DNA from: Campylobacterales bacterium
Lineage (GTDB): Bacteria; Campylobacterota; Campylobacteria; Campylobacterales; Sulfurimonadaceae
Direction: 5' to 3'
Assembly (NCBI GenBank): GCA_038205935.1
Contig: JBBRBK010000064.1
Location: 1-11,286 of the forward strand
Length of the DNA stretch: 11,286 nt
Numbering within the stretch: position 1 is the first letter of the stretch; every line of letters begins with the position of its first letter. Shown here one piece after another: positions 8,131-11,286 of the stretch. The notes beneath the pieces are model-generated. The model saw only the letters and a list, made by a program, of their open reading frames with translations. It was not told the origin of the DNA and did not search any database. A program made the translations under genes and the position numbers.

Positions 8131-9308
8131 AAGTTGATTTTTCTCTCTCATGCAAAAGAGAAAATACAAATGCAGAGAAATATGTTCTAAGAAATAAACT
8201 CTTTGGCACTGAAGATGTGATCCCAATGTGGGTTGCAGATATGGACATTGACACACCCTCTTTTATACTCGAGGCTGTAAAAAAAAGATTACAACATCCA
8301 AATTTTGGTTATGAAGAGATGCCCTCTTCTGCATTGTTAGCTCAAATAGTGTGGCTAAAACGCCATCATGGCATTATGTTTTCACAAGAGGAGCTTCTCT
8401 ACTCTCACTCAGTTGTTGCAAGTATCAACGCAGCCATCGAAGCTTTTAGCAACGAGGGTGATAAGATTATCGTTCAAACTCCGGTGTATCCTCCATTTTT
8501 CAAGAGTGTCACGCATCATAATAGAAAAGTTTTATTTAATCCTCTCAAAAAAAGTGAGAATGGAGATTATAGCTTTGATATCGATGATTTTCTTTCTAAA
8601 ATAGACAAAGACACAAAACTTTTGCTTTTATGTTCTCCACATAATCCAGTTGGGCGCGTGTGGAAAAAAGAGGAATTGCAACGCTTGGCAGATGTTTGTT
8701 TAGAACATAACATCGTTGTTTTTTCAGATGAGATACATAGTGATCTTGTCTATGCTCCTCACATTCATATCCCTTTTGCCTCTTTAAGTGACGCGGTTGC
8801 AAATATCACAGTCAGTGCTTATGGTGTAGGAAAAACCTTTAATCTCGCAGGATTTGCAATCAGCACGGTTGCAATAAAGAATGAAATTTTAAGAGAAAAA
8901 TATAAAAAAGTTTATAATAATATTCATTTCACACAAGGCACGATTCTTGGACATGTTGCGTTTGAAACTGCTTACATGCAAGGCGATGAATGGCTCAAAG
9001 AGTTAAATACTCATCTGCAAAAAAATATTGTTTTACTTGAAGATGTTTGTAAAAAACATAATGATAAAATCTCTTTTATTGTACCTGAGGGAACTTATCT
9101 CGCATGGTTAGATTGCTCGAAGATGAATCTAAGTGATAAAGAATTAAAAGAGTTTTTCGTAAAAGAAGCGAAGCTTGGACTCTCAAACGGCGTATCATTT
9201 TCAAAAGAGGGAAGTGGTTATATGCGACTTAATTTTGCAGTTTCATCTGAGATAATGCAACAGGCTATGCAACAGCTAGATCTTGCTTTAAAGAGGTTTA
9301 CAAGATGA
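8127..9308 (+). CDS. MalY/PatB-family PLP-dependent C-S (beta-)lyase; candidate OvoB-type sulfoxide lyase (393 aa; start revised from 8115 to ATG 8127)
   Basis: Motifs PMWVADMD, PVYPPF, LCSPHNPVGRVW, SDEIHSDL, GKTFNLAG (PLP lysine K236), EGTYLAWLD and MRLNFA are diagnostic of MalY/PatB. ATGA overlap with the ovoA stop at 8127-8130. The family call is firm; the OvoB role is inferred from context. Confidence 0.9.
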   Translation: MKVDFSLSCKRENTNAEKYVLRNKLFGTEDVIPMWVADMDIDTPSFILEAVKKRLQHPNFGYEEMPSSALLAQIVWLKRHHGIMFSQEELLYSHSVVASINAAIEAFSNEGDKIIVQTPVYPPFFKSVTHHNRKVLFNPLKKSENGDYSFDIDDFLSKIDKDTKLLLLCSPHNPVGRVWKKEELQRLADVCLEHNIVVFSDEIHSDLVYAPHIHIPFASLSDAVANITVSAYGVGKTFNLAGFAISTVAIKNEILREKYKKVYNNIHFTQGTILGHVAFETAYMQGDEWLKELNTHLQKNIVLLEDVCKKHNDKISFIVPEGTYLAWLDCSKMNLSDKELKEFFVKEAKLGLSNGVSFSKEGSGYMRLNFAVSSEIMQQAMQQLDLALKRFTR

Positions 9309-9553
9309 TAGAGATCGATTGGAATGAGTACAAACTTTATAAAAAAACGTGCTTTTTAAAGGCCGAGATTAAAGATAATTTTGATACATTGCTAGATTTT
9401 TTAAAAAACCATTACAAAATTACAAGTGCGCAAGAACTTTTTGATACGATGAAAGCTGATGAGGTTGGGATGATGATGCTTACTAAACGTGAGCTTGAAA
9501 AGATTGAACTTTTTGAAAAGTATCTCTATAAAGAGATCAAATTTGATGCCTGA
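9305..9553 (+). CDS. Hypothetical protein (82 aa, likely helical, no recognisable motif)
   Basis: ATGA overlap with the lyase stop (9305-9308); GAGG SD about 8 nt upstream; exactly fills the gap to the next gene, which it overlaps by 8 nt. Confidence 0.8.
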   Translation: MIEIDWNEYKLYKKTCFLKAEIKDNFDTLLDFLKNHYKITSAQELFDTMKADEVGMMMLTKRELEKIELFEKYLYKEIKFDA

Positions 9554-9971
9554 GAATCTCGAAAAAATAATAGAGTTTTTAGAAAAACATCATACTCTCA
9601 GCCTTGCTACATGTAAGGATAATCAGCTCTCTTCTTGCACACTCTTTTATGCTTTTGATAAGCAGACAAACTCTTTTATAGTTGCCTCTGATACGAAAAC
9701 CGAACACATTCAAAATGTACTGGAAAACAAAAATATATCGGGGACTGTTCATCTTGAAACCAATATCGTAGGTAAGATTCAAGGAATACAATTTAAGGGA
9801 ACCATGCTTCCATGTAAGGATGAAAAAAAAGTTTACCTCAAACGCTTTCCCTTTGCTCTGGCACTAAATCCGACTCTTTGGAGCATAGAAGTAGACTCAT
9901 TTAAGATGACAGATAACAAACTCGGTTTTGGCAAAAAATTTATGTGGACACGGGAGTTGGCTTCTCGCTAA
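9546..9971 (+). CDS. YhbP/UPF0306-like protein, pyridoxamine 5'-phosphate oxidase-like FMN-binding split-barrel family (141 aa; start revised from 9489 to ATG 9546)
   Basis: FLEKHHTLSLAT, FYAFD, SDTKTEH, ISGTV, VGKIQGIQFKG, YLKRFPFA and the C-terminal KMTDNKLGFGKK match the YhbP family. ATG 9546 overlaps the upstream gene's stop (ATGCCTGA). Confidence 0.85.
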   Translation: MPENLEKIIEFLEKHHTLSLATCKDNQLSSCTLFYAFDKQTNSFIVASDTKTEHIQNVLENKNISGTVHLETNIVGKIQGIQFKGTMLPCKDEKKVYLKRFPFALALNPTLWSIEVDSFKMTDNKLGFGKKFMWTRELASR

Positions 9972-10119
9972 AATAGGAACAATCTATTCCACTGCTTTGT
10001 TTTACGACCATGGATGGAATCAGTTTTGATTTAAACCCGTAGGCTTTACATCCGTGTGGTTGAGAGCCATTCCATGTTACAAAATAATGAACACATCTTC
10101 TACAGTTTATACGTTGCAT
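9940..10119 (-). CDS. Small Cys-rich protein (59 aa, CX2C-X14-C-X22-C), probable metal-binding protein of unknown function
   Basis: Sequence MQRINCRRCVHYFVTWNGSQPHGCKAYGFKSKLIPSMVVKQSSGIDCSYFSEKPTPVST. It resembles a conserved small-protein family I recall (CxxC..Y.VTW...P.GC..FGFKS...PS..V..SSG..C). The ATG at 10119 lies downstream of an extended -10 element; the ORF-track start at 10152 is too close to that -10 to be transcribed. Confidence 0.8.
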   Translation of the reverse strand: MQRINCRRCVHYFVTWNGSQPHGCKAYGFKSKLIPSMVVKQSSGIDCSYFSEKPTPVST

Positions 10120-10134
10120 AAATAAAAACTTCTT

Positions 10135-10231
10135 TATAATAAATTGTTGCAAAATTTTATCATAACTAAGTAAAATACAGATGTAGATTTTTTTGCATCG
10201 CTTAAAACTGTCTACTAGTTTTTATAAAGGG
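10135..10231 (+). promoter_or_regulatory. Putative promoter and RBS region for dut-proA
   Basis: Candidate -10 hexamers TATAAT (10135-10140) and TAAAAT (10171-10176); SD AAGGG at 10227-10231 before ATG 10237. Which -10 is used cannot be determined from sequence. Confidence 0.4.
10154..10162 (-). promoter_or_regulatory. Extended -10 element (TGATAAAAT) of a housekeeping-sigma promoter for the Cys-rich gene
   Basis: The reverse complement of attttatca (10154-10162) is TG-A-TAAAAT, matching the Campylobacterota TGnTAnAAT pattern. The predicted start near 10147 gives a leader of about 28 nt. Confidence 0.55.
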
Positions 10232-10236
10232 TATTC

Positions 10237-10926
10237 ATGGACAAAATAGTAATTATGTTAGAACTCCAACAGCAGTTAAATGATTCTACAAACGGTAAAG
10301 ATTGGACTTCTGGAGTGAGTAAAAACTCTAAAGAGATCAACTGGAAAAGATGTATTTACATGGAGTGTGCAGAGATGATTGACTCTTTTGCTTGGAAACA
10401 CTGGAAAAATATCGATGCACAACCCGATTGGGATAACCTAAAGATCGAAGTCGTGGATGTTTGGCACTTTATCTTAAGTTTGGCAATCGAAGAAAATACA
10501 AAACATGGGCAACTCGGTTTTGAAGATCTAGCAAATGAGATCTGCTCTGTGTCATCATATGCCGCTATAACAAAGCAAAATGAGAATTATGCTACGCAAA
10601 AAGATGTTATTGGGCAAGTTGAACTTTTAATGCTTGATGCATTGAAGAGAGAAGGTTTTACCCTTTTTGCAATGATGGAACATCTTTTTGCTCTTGTGAA
10701 GATGGGCGGACTTGATATCGTAAGCTTATACCGTTTGTATGTCGGAAAAAATATCCTCAATCAATTTCGCCAAGACCATGGATATAAAGATGGAACTTAT
10801 ATCAAAGTCTGGAATGGGCAAGAGGACAATGTTGTTATGAAGCATATCTGGGAAATTGATGGCGATATCGCTCCTGAACTTTTATACCAAAAGCTTCAGG
10901 CAAAATATGAAACTCTGGAGGCTTAA
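10237..10926 (+). CDS. dut: Dimeric all-alpha dUTP diphosphatase (dUTPase_2 family, Campylobacter type; 229 aa)
   Basis: Motifs LQQQLND, WKRCIYMECAEMIDSFAWKHWK, IEVVDVWHF and YVGKNILNQFRQDHGYKDGTYIKVWNGQEDN, as in the C. jejuni and trypanosomatid dimeric dUTPases. Confidence 0.93.
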   Translation: MDKIVIMLELQQQLNDSTNGKDWTSGVSKNSKEINWKRCIYMECAEMIDSFAWKHWKNIDAQPDWDNLKIEVVDVWHFILSLAIEENTKHGQLGFEDLANEICSVSSYAAITKQNENYATQKDVIGQVELLMLDALKREGFTLFAMMEHLFALVKMGGLDIVSLYRLYVGKNILNQFRQDHGYKDGTYIKVWNGQEDNVVMKHIWEIDGDIAPELLYQKLQAKYETLEA

Positions 10927-10928
10927 GA

Positions 10929-11286
10929 ATGGAAAAATTTTTAAAAGAAGCAAAACAGTCAAGTCGTGTGTTAAATCTCCTTAGTGGCGCACAAAAAAAT
11001 AGGATCTTACATGAGATGGCTGAATCTTTACGCTCAAATATGATGAATATCATCGAAGCCAATGCACAAGACATGAAAGATGCTGAAACGAATGAGCTTT
11101 CAACAGCACTCAAAGACAGACTTTATCTTGATGAAAAACGCATCAATGCGATGGCTGTGGCCCTAGAAGAGATTGCTGCACTTAAAGAGCCAGTGGGTCG
11201 CGTGCTTGATGGTTGGGTTACAGAAGAGGGACTAAAAATCGAGAAAGTCTCCATCCCGATAGGCGTAATCGGTATTATCTATGAAT
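10929..11286 (+). CDS. proA: Gamma-glutamyl phosphate reductase (glutamate-5-semialdehyde dehydrogenase), 3'-truncated; absent from the ORF track
   Basis: Manual translation from ATG 10929: MEKFLKEAKQSSRVLNLLSGAQKNRILHEMAESL...IIEANAQDM...ALKDRLYLDEKRINAM...LKEPVG...GLKIEKVSIPIGVIGIIYE, the ProA N-terminus. GGAGG SD at 10917-10921. The frame is open to the window end. Confidence 0.95.
   Translation, partial: MEKFLKEAKQSSRVLNLLSGAQKNRILHEMAESLRSNMMNIIEANAQDMKDAETNELSTALKDRLYLDEKRINAMAVALEEIAALKEPVGRVLDGWVTEEGLKIEKVSIPIGVIGIIYE

Noticed and set aside
8066..9791. ORFs 8066-8254 (-), 8368-8604 (+), 8596-8802 (-) and 9579-9791 (-)
   Set aside because: All are nested in confidently called genes, with no independent evidence of coding.
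10180..10222. Weak inverted repeats gatgtaga/tttgcatc (10180-10199) and aaaact/agtttt (10205-10222) as a terminator, riboswitch or operator
   Set aside because: The stems are short, AT- and GU-rich and expected by chance; I recognised no RNA family or operator consensus.
10835..11113. 92-aa antisense ORF
   Set aside because: It overlaps dut and proA; the + strand proA frame explains the region.

Overview
AT-rich bacterial chromosome segment, most likely from a free-living Campylobacterota (Sulfurimonas/Sulfuricurvum-like; inferred from the hisC-fliF-fliG-fliH-dxs gene order, the dimeric dUTPase and the TGnTAnAAT promoter style). A long, tightly packed + strand run carries hisC (5'-truncated), fliF, fliG, fliH and dxs. 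It continues with a 7-bp gap into an accessory module: a full-length ovothiol synthase ovoA (sulfoxide synthase plus methyltransferase), an overlapping MalY/PatB-type PLP C-S lyase (candidate OvoB), an 82-aa hypothetical protein and a YhbP-like FMN split-barrel protein. A 59-aa four-Cys protein on the - strand converges on this run and diverges from a dimeric dUTPase, which is followed by proA (3'-truncated). The main points of interest are the apparent four-gene ovothiol module appended to a core flagellar/isoprenoid operon, and a strong internal Shine-Dalgarno plus in-frame ATG exactly at the OvoA methyltransferase domain boundary. I saw no RNA genes, mobile elements or CRISPR arrays.
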